Shown here in pieces: positions 36,126 through 64,000 of a stretch of DNA of 64,000 nucleotides. Both the position numbers and the translations under genes were made by a program. The number at the start of each line of letters is the position of its first letter. Within the stretch, counting starts at the first letter, position 1. Source of the DNA: Hormiphora californensis (Eukaryota; Animalia; Ctenophora); the NCBI GenBank assembly GCA_020137815.1, contig CM035359.1:5952001-6016000 (forward strand). Reading direction: 5' to 3'. The notes beneath the pieces are model-generated. The model made no database searches, was not told the origin of the DNA, and saw only the letters and a list, made by a program, of their open reading frames with translations.

Positions 36126-36614
36126 AAATCCGACTTTAATGTCTTCAGAGTTCAGCCTTCATCGATTTTGCAAATGTCTCAAATGCAAATTAGCGCGCGC
36201 TGATCTTTTATTTCTCCGCTGCAGAAAATGCAAAAGGCGCGCGCTCAAAACTTCAATCGCGCGCGATTTCTGCGAAATAAAATCTCGTCAGAATTTAAAG
36301 TCGAATTTTTAATGAGTGTCGTTTTTTAAAAAGCCGCGCAATTCTGATTTGCGCGTCGGAATTATTTCAACTTCGCGCGAAGAACCCTTCGTCGCGCGCA
36401 GTGTTGTCGCGCGGCCGCGGCCGAAAAGAACTAGCAGGAATGGCATAGACCACATCAGGTGATGACCAAATATGGTATAATGAAGTCACGTTACTGTCAT
36501 GTGTTAGGAGTTGTACGATCAGCATTCTAGTGCAGACCCTTGTACACACATGAGCTGCAGTTGTATTATTGTACACAATCAGCGATCAAATAATCCATTT
36601 TTCAGATAACGTGA

Positions 36615-36687
<73 letters not shown>

Positions 36688-37343
36688 GAGAGGAGAGAGA
36701 GAGAGAGAGAAGAGAGGAGAGAGTAGATTCAAACTATTCTGACTAGCTGATAGCTATTCTGATAGAGAGCTATCTCTCACTCTCTATCGCTCTCTCTATC
36801 CTCTCTGCTCTCTCTCTCTCTCTCTTCTCTCTATCTCCCTCTCACTCTCCCAGGCATAGATAGTGAGATATCGATGGTTTCGATGATTCAACGACAATTT
36901 TCTTTGTATGTGTTTAACTGATTTAGGTATAAAAGAGTTCACAATAACAATAACAAATCGATTTATACACACGCTCAGACCCTACGCATACAAGATTCCG
37001 GGACAATAGAACACTACAAAAGTATCATATCTGATAGCGGTTAATCACTCCCTGTAAACAGTAGAGTCACAAAGTTCACACCTGTACCTCTCTGTTATAC
37101 TGATGGTTTACAAGTTTAAGAAACTTTTCCCTGCTCCATCTTCCAGGATCAGATGCCCTCTTCAATCTTCTCTCACGGCCTTTAAATCCAGATATTGCTA
37201 CACGTCCAAGTGATAGTCTGTCATGATCTTTCCTGGGAGATTAAATTTGTTGTGAGAGGAATAGAGAAGATCAGGGGGAGAGAGGGGGCCTGGGGGGGGG
37301 GAATGATATCACTCCGTCTTGTAGTGCACCACCCCACCTCTTC

Positions 37344-37538
37344 TGAACGGTAAGCGATAAGTGTTGCCTTGATTTGGACACAATTTTTTACAGTTTTGGT
37401 CATAACTCATCCATTTTTAGGCCAAATTGCAAAGTCCTGGCCCCAACATTCTGCAATTTGGCCAAGAAATAGATGAGTTATGACCAAAACTGTGAAAAAT
37501 TGTGTCCAAATCAAGGTAACCCTTACCGCTTACCGTTC
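37344..37538. repeat. ~195-bp imperfect hairpin (MITE-like)
   Basis: TGAACGGTAAGCG...GGCCAAATTGCA versus TGCAATTTGGCC...CGCTTACCGTTCA. Confidence 0.8.
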
Positions 37539-38214
37539 AAAACATAACTACAGGGTGGTTCAGAAAGATGGAGCCACTTTGTGATAACTATTGTTTCGTT
37601 TTCCTATCTACTGTGTAATTTTCACGGTCTACTGATTAGAAAAAGTGGAGAAAGTGTCCCTGAGGATTGCGATCACCTTTCTAATCACCTTTACAATCCC
37701 TCAGAGGTCGGGAAAGTACCTTAATTCAACAATTAAGGCCAATTAGACCCAATTATACTCCATTGGGGCACTTTATCGACCTCTGGAAAAATTGCTTACG
37801 TGATTCAGCGTATCTTAATTAGTCGAAAAAGTGCCCTCACATAAGCATCTATCATTTCCAGGTGAAAAGTTGTAAATGGGGTCATTATGTAATGAATGAG
37901 TTTCAGTTTTTACTCTCCAAGCTTCGTAAAAAGACCAAGTTTGGTCAGTCTGTGCGACTTGGTCAAAATCTTGCCCACATATGGCCATGGTCAAGCTTGG
38001 GCAGTCTGTGCACACCCCAATAATTGTTATAAATGAGAGCGTTTTCTTACCAAATATGAAGAATACTGTAATCGATAGAGGGGTTTGAAACTGAATCCAA
38101 CGTTGACCATCCCGATATCAGTGAAATGCCTGGGGAAGGAGCGAGGGTTAGAATTCACCCGAGAATCAAGAAATCGAGGGGAGGGTTACAAATTTACAAA
38201 ATAAATCCATCCTC

Positions 38215-38480
38215 CATTCTCTCTCCACCATCTCAGCTCTCCATTTTTCTCTCTCTATTCTCTCTCTCTCTCTCTCTCAGCTCTCCATTTTTCTCACCCC
38301 ATTCTCTCTCCACCCTCTCAGCTCTCCATTTTTCTCACCCCATCCTCTCTCCACCCTCTCAGCTCTCCATTTTTCTCACCCCATTCTCTCTCCACCCTCT
38401 CAGCTCTCCATTTTTCTCTCTCCATTCTCTCTCCACCCTCTCAGCTCTCCATTTTTCTCTCTCCACTCTCTCCACCCTCT
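38215..38480. repeat. ~39-bp CT-rich minisatellite
   Basis: Unit CTCTCCACCCTCTCAGCTCTCCATTTTTCTCACCCCA. Confidence 0.8.
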
Positions 38481-39239
38481 TCATACTTTCTATGGCTCAC
38501 ATCACAGGGTGAGATTGAACAAAGGGCTAGGCCCTATGCATATGCATGCATCATGTAGTGTCAGCAATAAATAAGAATAATTAGTCAGGAACATGAGACA
38601 AATAAACATGTTCTTTCTTGTTACCTGGTAATAATGGTTGTTCATTGGGATACAGCAGAGGGGTGGACCACCGAACACACCGTTGACACTAGACTGTGGA
38701 ATTCACGGCATAACGTAATAACTTCCATCTTTAGAGCCACCTCGATAGCCACAGGTACTCCTGCCTGAAAGGGTTAAGATTGTTACCAACAGGTATTTAT
38801 GAGGTCGCGACGGCCGAAGCAGTGACAATTATCCTATCCAAAACCGAAAAAGCAACATTCGAGTTGCCCTGTTTTTAGCAAGAGACTGTCGTCACTCGCC
38901 ATGTTTGTGTTGAAAAATGTTTGTGTTGAAAAATTGGGTTCAAGTTCCAAATCAGAACTTTCTGGCGGCGCCAGAACCCATTTTGACAGTATGCTCAGAT
39001 CGGATCGGCGATGCCAGACAGAATCAGAACGATTTTCATACCTGCTACGTCTTTTCAGAGATATAGTGGGCTCGCACAGTCGCACAGGGACAAAGAGCAA
39101 GGAGAGGACAACGCAACACATCTGATCAATGATCATGTCTGAAGAGAACAAAGGAACAACTGCGCGGGAAATGAGGAGAACAATGGGATCTCCTCATCCA
39201 ACGCGACATGTCAAATGTATAGTGGCCATGGCTTGATCG

Positions 39240-40051
39240 ATTTCGCGAGATTTCGTGGACGCGCACTAAATTTGGTGCGCGCCACGCGACACTCATTACA
39301 AATTCGACTTTAAAGTCGGATTTTTTGAAGTTGTCACCCCAAAATGACCGCGCATGTGAAATTTATCAATTTTGACGCGCACACCACACGTTAACATGTG
39401 ATGTGACGCGCAAAAACATTCCGCGCACGAAAAGGGGGGTGACAACTTCAAAAAATCCGACTTTAAAGTCGAATTTTTTAATCAAGGGACAGGGGGCCAC
39501 GCATTCAGAGGGGTCGCGCGGCTTTGTATTTGCGCGTGATAATCGAGATCAAGTTCCTGGCAATCTTAAGACTTGAACCCAAAAGCGTTGGAAAGATAAT
39601 TTAAAGACCTTTTCAACGCAACCAAGACCAAGTCTTTATCTTATGATCAGGAACAGGAGATATGAGCGAAAACGTTTAGCACGCGCAAAAAGACTTTTTT
39701 AAATGCGCGGCCCCTGTCCCTTGATTAAAAAATTCGACTATATACTCCATTTTTTTTCAACTGTTCACCCCCCAAAGTCGTGCGCGGAATTGTTTTGCGC
39801 GTTTATCACATGTTAACGTGTAGCGCGCGCCACCCAAATTCTAATTTTTATCAAATTTCAGTTTTTGGGTGAACAGTTGAAAAAAAAAGGACTTTAAAGT
39901 CGGATTTTTTGAAGTTGTCACCCCCCCTTCTCGTGCGCGGAATGTTTTTGCGCGTCACATCACATGTTAACGTGTGGTGTGCGCGTCAAAATTGATAAAT
40001 TTCACATGCGCGGTCATTTGGGGGTGACAACTTCAAAAAATCCGACTTTAA
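39240..40051. mobile_element. Tandem train of at least four related TTAA-junction MITEs
   Basis: Elements 39314-39462, 39467-39739, ~39744-39893 and 39898-40047, plus an earlier end at 39309. Most abut at single TTAA junctions. Confidence 0.8.
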
Positions 40052-40258
40052 AAGCGTTTGAAAAGCGATGCCAATCGGTGTTGGGGTTAGTGAATTTTCA
40101 GTTTGAAAAGCGCTGCCTTATCCCGGGCCAGCAACGTTTGCCAATTTATTCCGCATCATCTTCAAATCTTCATCTTCAAAATAGTTTGACCAGTCATGTC
40201 GAGACATCCACATTATAAATAAACGCTTCAGCCTCTCTGAACTCATTCGGCTTTGCAA

Positions 40259-40564
40259 CTAGAAGTCCGTGCCCCGGCTCAGGGCATAGTCCAACAAGGA
40301 GTTTCCATGAACACACGAGTACCCCCTGGTTGGTGGTCTATCAGCAATGCCCCTGAGGTACCCTCCCAGTACAACCTTGAGTTCATCGATATTCCCGGCG
40401 TCCTTGACACATTTAGGAAGAGTGTTCCATAGTTTCGCCCCAAGAACCGAAAAAGAGTTTTCAAACATAGTGGACGCCGACCTTTGTGCCCCATGATTGA
40501 ATTTTGGGATCACTGCCCGTGCCCCGTAACGAGGGGTGTCCTTGAAATCAAAACCGGGACCCAC
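40259..40564 (-). mobile_element. 3' fragment of a CR1/L2-group LINE
   Basis: NSFSVLGAKLWNTLP...LKVVLGGYLRGIADRPPTRGY...NSLLDY is typical of the post-RT C-terminus. Confidence 0.75.
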
Positions 40565-41104
40565 TGGATACAGGCTAGCTTCGCATCTGACTGTAAAATT
40601 AACCGTATCCGATAGAAAATCGATAGCGCTAAGTGCTAACCGATAAACCCCAAACCTAACCCTAACCAGACTCTAACTGGCTGCCCTAACCCGTCTCGAC
40701 CGCGAAAAATCAAAATCGATGAATTATTAGCAATGGAAGGCCGTTATTTTTATTTAGTTGGACCCATAAAGGGAAGATCTTTTGTGAATCACCATTACTT
40801 TATTTGTAAACTTGTAAACTTATTTTCAGATATTCAAAAGCTCGCTCAAAAATCAAAATTGTCCGAAAATTTTGGCCTCTCGCACTCCAATCTCTTATTC
40901 TTGAACTATATTCTATTACTGGGCCCATACAACATAGCATTTAAAAAGTATCTGTTTTAGCAAGAAATGGAACAGAATACACTTGGTGCCGATATCTCGC
41001 CTTTCCGGACGCAATCCCAAATCTTGGAGGAGCTAGCAGGCAGGGTAAGTGATCTAGAAAGGGATCTAGAAAGGGATTTAGAAAGGGATTTAGAAAGGGA
41101 TTAA

Positions 41105-42406
41105 GGGTACACCTGGCGTTTTTCATCATCGAGTGCCCAACCAAATGACTTCACCAGGGTTTAGGTCATACAAAATGGACCTCAAATATGCAATTTTAGC
41201 CCTAAAGTCGAATTCATATTTTTGCTACAGCCTATTTTCAAAGTGGCGTTTTTTCAATTTTTGTTGGAATTTTTAACCTCAGGACCACTTTTTTTGAGAT
41301 AGAAACATTAAATTCTTGGAATTTGAAGAGAATATAAAGGTGAATAAGCCCAAAGAAGGATTTTTGAAATGGAGCTTATTTCTGGCCATGAGAAGGGTTT
41401 ACTTTTTTGCTTCTTTGACACGCTGGCTGAGAATGTTCCCATGCTTCATTAGAGATGAAAATCTGAAAATAGTTGCTCAAAACGATTATCTATGTGGCCC
41501 AAAAATTTTGGAACTTTCCCGCCAAAGATGTGGTGTACAGAGCTTGTTTTGTGAAACCCGTCTTTTTGAAAAAGAGAGGAATTCCCTGTATCTCCAAAAC
41601 GGATGATCGTAGAGACCTGGGACCAAGCTTAATCGATTCAGAAGGTCCGATTTTGGGGGGGTCTTCTAAGAGACATTTTGCTCCTACTCCAACCGTTTTT
41701 GCTGTAATTGCGAAAAAGGTATCAGCAAGTAGGAGGGAAATCAGCCCGAAGCAGGCTACTGGAATAGAGTTGTTCCCCTTTTCATAGAATTGGTTTTTTG
41801 CAATTACAGCAAAAACGGTTGGAGTAGGAGCAAAATGTCTCTCAGAAGACCCCCCCAAAATCGGACCTTCTGAATCGATTAAGCTTGGTCCCAGGTCTCT
41901 ACGATCATCCGTTTTGGAGATACAGGGAATTCCTCTCTTTTTCAAAAAGACGGGTTTCACAAAACAAGCTCTGTACACCACATCTTTGGCGGGAAAGTTC
42001 CAAAATTTTTGGGCCACATAGATAATCGTTTTGAGCAACTATTTTCAGATTTTCATCTCTAATGAAGCATGGGAACATTCTCAGCCAGCGTGTCAAAGAA
42101 GCAAAAAAGTAAACCCTTCTCATGGCCAGAAATAAGCTCCATTTCAAAAATCCTTCTTTGGGCTTATTCACCTTTATATTCTCTTCAAATTCCAAGAATT
42201 TAATGTTTCTATCTCAAAAAAAGTGGTCCTGAGGTTAAAAATTCCAACAAAAATTGAAAAAACGCCACTTTGAAAATAGGCTGTAGCAAAAATATGAATT
42301 CGACTTTAGGGCTAAAATTGCATATTTGAGGTCCATTTTGTATGACCTAAACCCTGGTGAAGTCATTTGGTTGGGCACTCGATGATGAAAAACGCCAGGT
42401 GTACCC
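41105..42406. mobile_element. 1.3-kb near-perfect palindromic element with TTAA TSD (Kolobok-like GG...CC termini)
   Basis: TTAA-GGGTACACCTGGCG ... CGCCAGGTGTACCC-TTAA. ~610-bp arms give mirror-identical ORFs. Spacer ~41718-41793. Confidence 0.92.
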
Positions 42407-42996
42407 TTAAGCGAGGGATTTAGGAGGGAATTTAGTATGAGTAACTTGTACCGGAAGGGTAGGTGAGTAGGGGATGGGTTAGTACGGTAAGTAGGGGACG
42501 GGCAAGTACAAGAAGGGTAAGTAGGGGATGGATATATAATAATAATAAGCTCGTCATGCTAACACAAATCCAGATAAGCACGATGATGTAGTCACTGTGC
42601 ATATTACATTACCTGATGGGGAGACTTTTTCTGTTGTCTGTCTCTATTTGTTGCTGTGTTTGCCAATACACCTGCTTGACCCACTCTCAAAAAGGGGTTT
42701 GAACAAAACAAGGCATGTGCCTTACTACCACGGTGATTGTTAGTATTTTGGGGTTCATCGCTGCTCTCAAGTACAAGATCATAAGGTTGTGCCCTTCTAA
42801 ACCACCCCGGTTTGAGGAAGGAGGGAGCGTGACAGAGGGACCCGTAGTTTCGGAGGGAGAGGAGGAGAGGACGAAAGATGAATAGGGTGATTGTTAGTGG
42901 CTTGAATTGATGATACTATTATTGTAGTTGTTGTACACTGTCCAATCTTCATACGAACTGGCCTGCAGTTGGTAGCAGCTAGTAGAACAAGCACAA

Positions 42997-43031
<35 letters not shown>

Positions 43032-43551
43032 GACACACACAGATACACACACAGATACAAAAATACATTATATTATTGCCTGCTCAGATACACACTTGAA
43101 GCTACTAAGTTGCAGTTAAAAGGAGAGTAACACGCTCTAATTATATCTTGTGCCTGATTTAATCGACCCTCTCCCACCGCACCCCGTGAAAGTTATTCTG
43201 AAGGACCAGGGTTTGAACATTATATTTTGGGTGACAAGTCCCATGTCCACAGTAAACAGTTGTAGTACATGTTAATGTATAACAAGTGAAAGGGAGGTGA
43301 GGTGGTACACAATCTTGTCTCAGGTGGCATGGGTAATTCCCTAAATTTCATGAACACCACTTTACCACACACATTTCCTCTAGGTGGCTACATCATAGCG
43401 GGGCGGGGGTCGGGAGTGATACTGGTTACAATATGAACAAATCAGGTTACAAAATATATAGATCTCAAATCTCGATCCTGGCTCGATGCATCACATTGTT
43501 CTGCTTCATGAATCATGATTTTTTAATCCAGCACACCTTTCCCCAAGATTT

Positions 43552-43670
43552 CCCTAATCTCCCCCTCCTCCTGGCAGGTTGCCCTAATCTCCCCCTCCTC
43601 CTGGCAGGTTGCCCTAATCTCCTCCTCCTCCTGGCAGGTTGCCCTAATCTCCCCCTCCTCCTCCTGGCAG

Positions 43671-43677
<7 letters not shown>
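43552..43677 (+). repeat. 30-bp tandem repeat of a 3' splice site
   Basis: Four copies of CCCTAATCTCCCCCTCCTCCTGGCAG|GTTG directly upstream of the exon starting at 43671. Confidence 0.85.
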
Positions 43678-59534
<15,857 letters not shown>

Positions 59535-60261
59535 ACGAGAGGGGAATCTACTGAGACGAGAGAGTGGTCAAATGGGTGATGGGCGGTGTGAGAGTGAACT
59601 GGATTATTATATTGTGGCCCTAATTTCAGTGGGGTCTATTCGAATGTGTGTCGTCTCGGTTTGGAGAAATATTTTTTTAAATATTCCGTGGCATAGTTGA
59701 TAGTGTCCGACATGATCCGAGGTCATATCAGAAAGTTAATATTCGTACAAAATTATATTGGTTTCCCTCAGAGTAAAGACGTCTTTTGTGATTAATGAAT
59801 CCATGTCATGGATTTAGAAATATATTTTCTGTTTTAGTGAGAGAAAAGTTCGTTTGTGATTGAATTGTGCCTCTTTTTGGTTGTATTTGAAAATCCTGGA
59901 CAATCGTTATTTTGTACTTCTCATTATATTGTGCCTGGGCGGCACCGAACACAACAAGGTCGGGTTTTGGATTGCTGCCTCCCTGGACTTCCGGTTTTAA
60001 ATTTCACGGCAGCATGCTTTCTTTTTCACGCAGCGCGCACATCTGCGCAGAGATGCCTACCCATTTTATCAGCGCGCGCTACGTCAAATCAACTCGGTGG
60101 CTTGATTGAACCCAACTCAAGTAAAGGATGCATGGGGGGGGGGGGGGGGGCGTCGATTAGTAATGTCACACGTGTAATAATATAACGTGTTGTACTCTCC
60201 TTCTTGCGAACAAGTTTTCTGACCCTTGAAACCGTGTGCCCGAAGATTTGAATACTGCGTG

Positions 60262-60886
60262 GCGGTACCCGCCCTCCCTGCCGACGGACCTCCCTGCCGA
60301 CGGGTCGGCAGGGAGGTCATTCGGCAGGGAGGGCGGGATATAGGGGTATAATGTCCTACGTGCCGACGAGATTGGGATGAGATCGCCGTCGGCACGTAGG
60401 ACATTTGACCCCTATATTCCGCCCTCCCTGCCGAAAACTCACTCCGAGAGAGTATTCGGCAGGGAGGACATTTACCCCTCCTATTCACCCTCTGTACCGA
60501 CGATCGGCAGGGAGGATATTTCACCCCTCCTTTTACCCTCTGTACCGACGATCGGTAGGGAGGGCGTTTCACTCCTTCTGTGAGCTCGAGAATTTGGCCG
60601 GCAGGCCAAATACGAAGAGTTCACTGTGTATTGTTCCTCTGAGTATCGTTAGGGTTAGGGTTAGGGTTAGGGTTAGGGTTAGGGCGGTGGTTAGGGTTAG
60701 GGTTAGGGTGGTGGTTAGGGCGGTGGTTAGGGTGATGGTTAGGGCGATGGTTTGGGCTAAGTTTGGGTTATGGTTTCGTCGGCACAGAGGGTGAAAAGGA
60801 GGGGTAAATGTCCTCCCTGCCGATCGTCGGTAGTGAGGCTGAAAAGGAGGGGTAAATGTCCTCCCTGCCGACGGCCCTACTTGCCG
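60262..60886. mobile_element. MITE-like element with inverted CCTCCCTGCCGA subrepeats and central (TTAGGG)n
   Basis: 60457-60503 is inverted relative to 60777-60823. TTAGGG array at ~60649-60745. Termini not resolved. Confidence 0.65.
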
Positions 60887-61260
60887 ATGAACTACTGCTC
60901 AGCTGTCTGGCGGCGCGACCCCATCTGAGCGCCTTTGGGAATCAAATGGGGTATGGCGCCGCTCAGTTAACTGATGAGTGTTGACCATTCGCTCGAACCT
61001 CGATTTAAAATCACGACAAAGAACTTTCGTTTAACGATTGTAAGAAATGATGTACAATTGATACATGGAAACCCGGTGTCACCCTTTTACATTTAAATAT
61101 CACTCTCTCTCTCCGTGAAATTCTCACGATAACTGAAGATAAATCTGTCTGTCAAAACATCATCTGAATTATAAAACAAGAGAAAATTGTGAAACTCTTT
61201 AACTACCCTTTCAATAAACTATCTGTCAAGAGTTTGGAGAATAAAATACCCCCGCGTACG

Positions 61261-62053
61261 TAGTAGAGTCGATAACTACATCGACCTCTCCCAATTGTTC
61301 CAGTTTTTGTTACATCTGTTTGGAGCCTCGACACGACCTCTAAACAGGTGTTACTTTTTCACAAACTGTTTTCATCTTGGTGTAATCAGCAGTTGAAATG
61401 TTGTTAATCATAACAAAAACCTAACTATTTTTTTTCAACTTGGGGTAAAACCATGGGTGTCAAAAGTTAGCTCTAGGTCCCCTGAGTAACCATCCGGAGA
61501 CTCTAAGAGATATTTCAAGCCGTTCTCCTGTAATCATTTATCCCGGTAGAGCACATATTTGAGTATGGACGTACGTGCAATTGCCTACAACCTCAACTTT
61601 AATGTATAACGTTAATGTGCGTCTCTCTCTTTTCTCCCCCTTGAGAAAGAGTTATCTCGCGCGGCGCAACCGCACGTGCGGTTTTTCCAGAGAGAGTGAG
61701 AGACATACAATAACATGTAAACAGCCTGCCAGCGCTCACGTACGTCCGCATTGTATTTTTTTCTCCACCGGGATTAATGATTACGGGAGAACGGCTTGAA
61801 ATATCTCTTAGAGTCTCCGGATGGTTACTCAGGGGACCTAGAGCTAACTTTTGACACCCATGGTTTTACCCCAAGTTGAAAAAAAATAGTTAGGTTTTTG
61901 TTATGATTAACAACATTTCAACTGCTGATTACACCAAGATGAAAACAGTTTGTGAAAAAGTAACACCTGTTTAGAGGTCGTGTCGAGGCTCCAAACAGAT
62001 GTGACAAAAACTGGAACAATTGGGAGAGGTCGATGTAGTTATCGACTCTACTA
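61261..62053. mobile_element. ~790-bp palindromic element
   Basis: TAGTAGAGTCGATAACTACATCG...CGATGTAGTTATCGACTCTACTA. Arms are near-identical over ~280 bp and then degenerate. Confidence 0.88.
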
Positions 62054-62163
62054 ACGGGGCTATAAAACATAGATCTTTCTCTGAGCTTCATTCATGTGTT
62101 GTATTTGTGAAAATAGAGATCAACTCTATAGCTGTGAAAATAAAACATTTGAAATACACTGGT

Positions 62164-63975
62164 TCAAAAATTAGACGTCTTCAAGTTTCTATCCCTTAAC
62201 GGCACGCTAGGTAACACCTGAATGCCACCCTTGGGTTTTTTGGCCCCATGGGGTCCCTGATCTGGGGTATAATAGTTCTCGTGTGGCGGTTCAGTACCCC
62301 TAACCGCCCTTCTATCTAGCGTATCCATCCCGTTGTGGTCAGGAACATCAACCGAGCTAAGATCATCTATATCCAGGACAGGCCCGGGACCTCTGGGTGC
62401 AGCAGTACGAGGGGGAGGGTGGTTTAGATGGAGTTGGGAGACAGACGGTCCGATGGTGGAGGGGGGAGGGGAGGTACTTGCATATGCTGTTCTGTCCTCC
62501 GGGTGGGAGATGGAAGAGGGTAGTTTCTGGGGCTTTATTCCTGCTTTCTGGTCCCTGTAAATGGAGAGAGCTGTTAGAACACCGTGTGTTGATCGACCCT
62601 CTCTTACCGCAATTATCTAAAACTGGTAGTCATGGTACCTGATTATAATGTAATTAACTAACTAATGTAATTAACTTTACAAATACCTCTTATTAGCAAG
62701 GAATGTAGGTGTAATACTGATAGTGTCCAGGGTAGCAGTAGATTTCCCCGTACTCTCTCCAATTGTACTGGCGGGTCCCCGTGATCGGGGGGAGGTCAGA
62801 CCTACAGCATGGGGGTTGTTATGTTCTAACCCTCCCTTTACATTTGTGCAGCGCCCGAAACACAGTCTAGCCAGGCAACAGAATGGAGGTAGGGAGTTAT
62901 AAATTGAATAAGGACGGTAGAAATTGGTACAGACTATGCAGGGATAAGACTAAGAATTATAAATTGAAACATATATGCACAGTATTCCCTGATATGGCTC
63001 TTAACTATGTTTTTTTGTTACTGTTTCGCCGTACAGTGAAACTGGGTCGGGCAAGACAACTATTTTACCTGATGGGGTGGGGTCCATGTTCCAGTTGTTC
63101 ACCTTCTCCCTCGGGTCCATGGGCCACCCTGACAGAGGTCCAGCTGGTGGGGGAGGGGGCATCACAGGTTCCTGCTGCTGTTGCTTCCTCCAACCATGAG
63201 GCGAGAGGATGGCTACCGGGGGTTCGTTGTGGTCTGCAGGGTGAGATTTGTAAATTGGTGGTCAGTTATAGAGATATTGTGGAGAAAAGTAGTTGAGATA
63301 TTGTCTCATATAATAAGACCGTCCTCTTCGGCTACATGAGGCCGCGTGAGGCCGTGATGTACAGTCAGTGTCTGACAATTGAGATATATGTTAACACCAG
63401 CAGCGGGTTCACGACTCTCAGCAGCTATACAACACCTACTACAATACACCTACCTCCCATGATGGAAGGAGCATCATCAAGATCAGAGGGCGGTAACCTA
63501 GATAACCCTCCGTAGGGGTTCATCTTCTCTCCAGGACCTCCACTGCGGGGATATGATGCCTCTAGGGGCACGGAGAACTTCCTGCGTGGGTAATAATATG
63601 TTATATAATATATTGATTTGATGATAATAGGTGCATGATTGGAAAGTGTCCCATCAGATTGATTGACAGTAATTGTCAAACTTGTCTAACCCTCCTTTAC
63701 AATTCCAATATTGGGTGCGGTGAGAGAGCGTCGAGACAATCTGGTACCTGTCTATAGACTCGATCTAGGTGGTATCTACTAGTAGTTAATATATTGATAC
63801 CTGTCTACGTGATATCAAATGGTAGTTATAGTACATTAGTACCTGTCTACGTGGTATCAAATGGTAGTTATAGTACATTAGTACCTGTCTACGTGGTATC
63901 AAATGGTACCTGTCTAGGTTGTGTTGTGATCGGGAGGACACATTACTGGAGGGTGGTATACTCCTCAAATTACCC
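62164..63975 (-). CDS. 3' exons of an unidentified gene with a Pro/Ser-rich C-terminal tail (continues beyond the window)
   Basis: Candidate GT-AG exons ~63974-63910, ~63581-63450, 63233-63069, 62801-62687 and 62554-62164 (TGA). They read NLRSIPPSSNV..., KFSVPLEASYP..., QQQQEPVMPPPPP..., ...GGIQVLPSVPLRDRNLKTSNF*. No domain recognised. Confidence 0.65.
63797..63916 (-). repeat. 42-bp tandem repeat containing copies of a 5' splice site
   Basis: TACCTGTCTA (minus strand TAGACAG|GTA) at ~63798, 63840, 63882 and 63907. The last is the proposed real donor. Confidence 0.8.
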
Positions 63976-64000
63976 TGACTCAGGGTCGCATTGGATTTCT

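Larger units (their letters stand above)
33700..38770 (-). pseudogene. Possible decayed ADAM/ADAMTS-like metalloprotease pseudogene, interrupted by transposons
   Basis: Protein-like frames with stops: furin-like RERRLKR-ASDPGRWSREKFLKLV (~37090-37215) and DRTVKVRVQNYSNMFYDPE...LGFVSSLCDLI**PVIINQCQQLISAFVM (~33960-34305). No intact HExxH is visible, so the family call is weak. Confidence 0.25.

Noticed and set aside
41316-42195. Mirror pairs of 96-182 aa ORFs
   Set aside because: They are by-products of the palindrome and show no recognisable protein motif.
60649-60745. True telomere or chromosome fusion site
   Set aside because: The tract is short, degenerate, in one orientation and embedded in a MITE-like element.

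Overview
Eukaryotic (animal) genomic DNA with short GT-AG introns, long (GA)n/(CT)n tracts and very dense transposon content. The repeat repertoire suggests a ctenophore-like genome, but that is an inference from recall and was not checked. I reconstructed four host genes by hand from splice signals: an SLC6 sodium:neurotransmitter symporter (minus, 15 exons, 6164-13084, 5' end uncertain), a two-exon METTL27/WBSCR27-like SAM methyltransferase (plus), an AMP deaminase (plus, about 19 exons, 43671-59534) and the 3' end of a Pro/Ser-rich gene (minus, from 62164). A possible decayed ADAM/ADAMTS-like pseudogene lies at about 33.7-38.8 kb. Mobile DNA includes an intact Copia (GalEa-like) LTR retrotransposon nested in a TA-flanked DNA element, RTE, CRE-like and CR1-like LINE remnants, a tRNA-derived SINE and many MITEs. 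Two unexplained patterns stand out. First, fold-back symmetry occurs at every scale: 0.8-2.7 kb palindromic transposons with different terminal signatures (one is a mirror-duplicated transposase 5' end, like maize Mu killer), and small snap-back insertions. Second, splice signals are repeatedly copied in tandem at exon-intron junctions in three different genes. All coordinates were counted by eye and no database search was possible.
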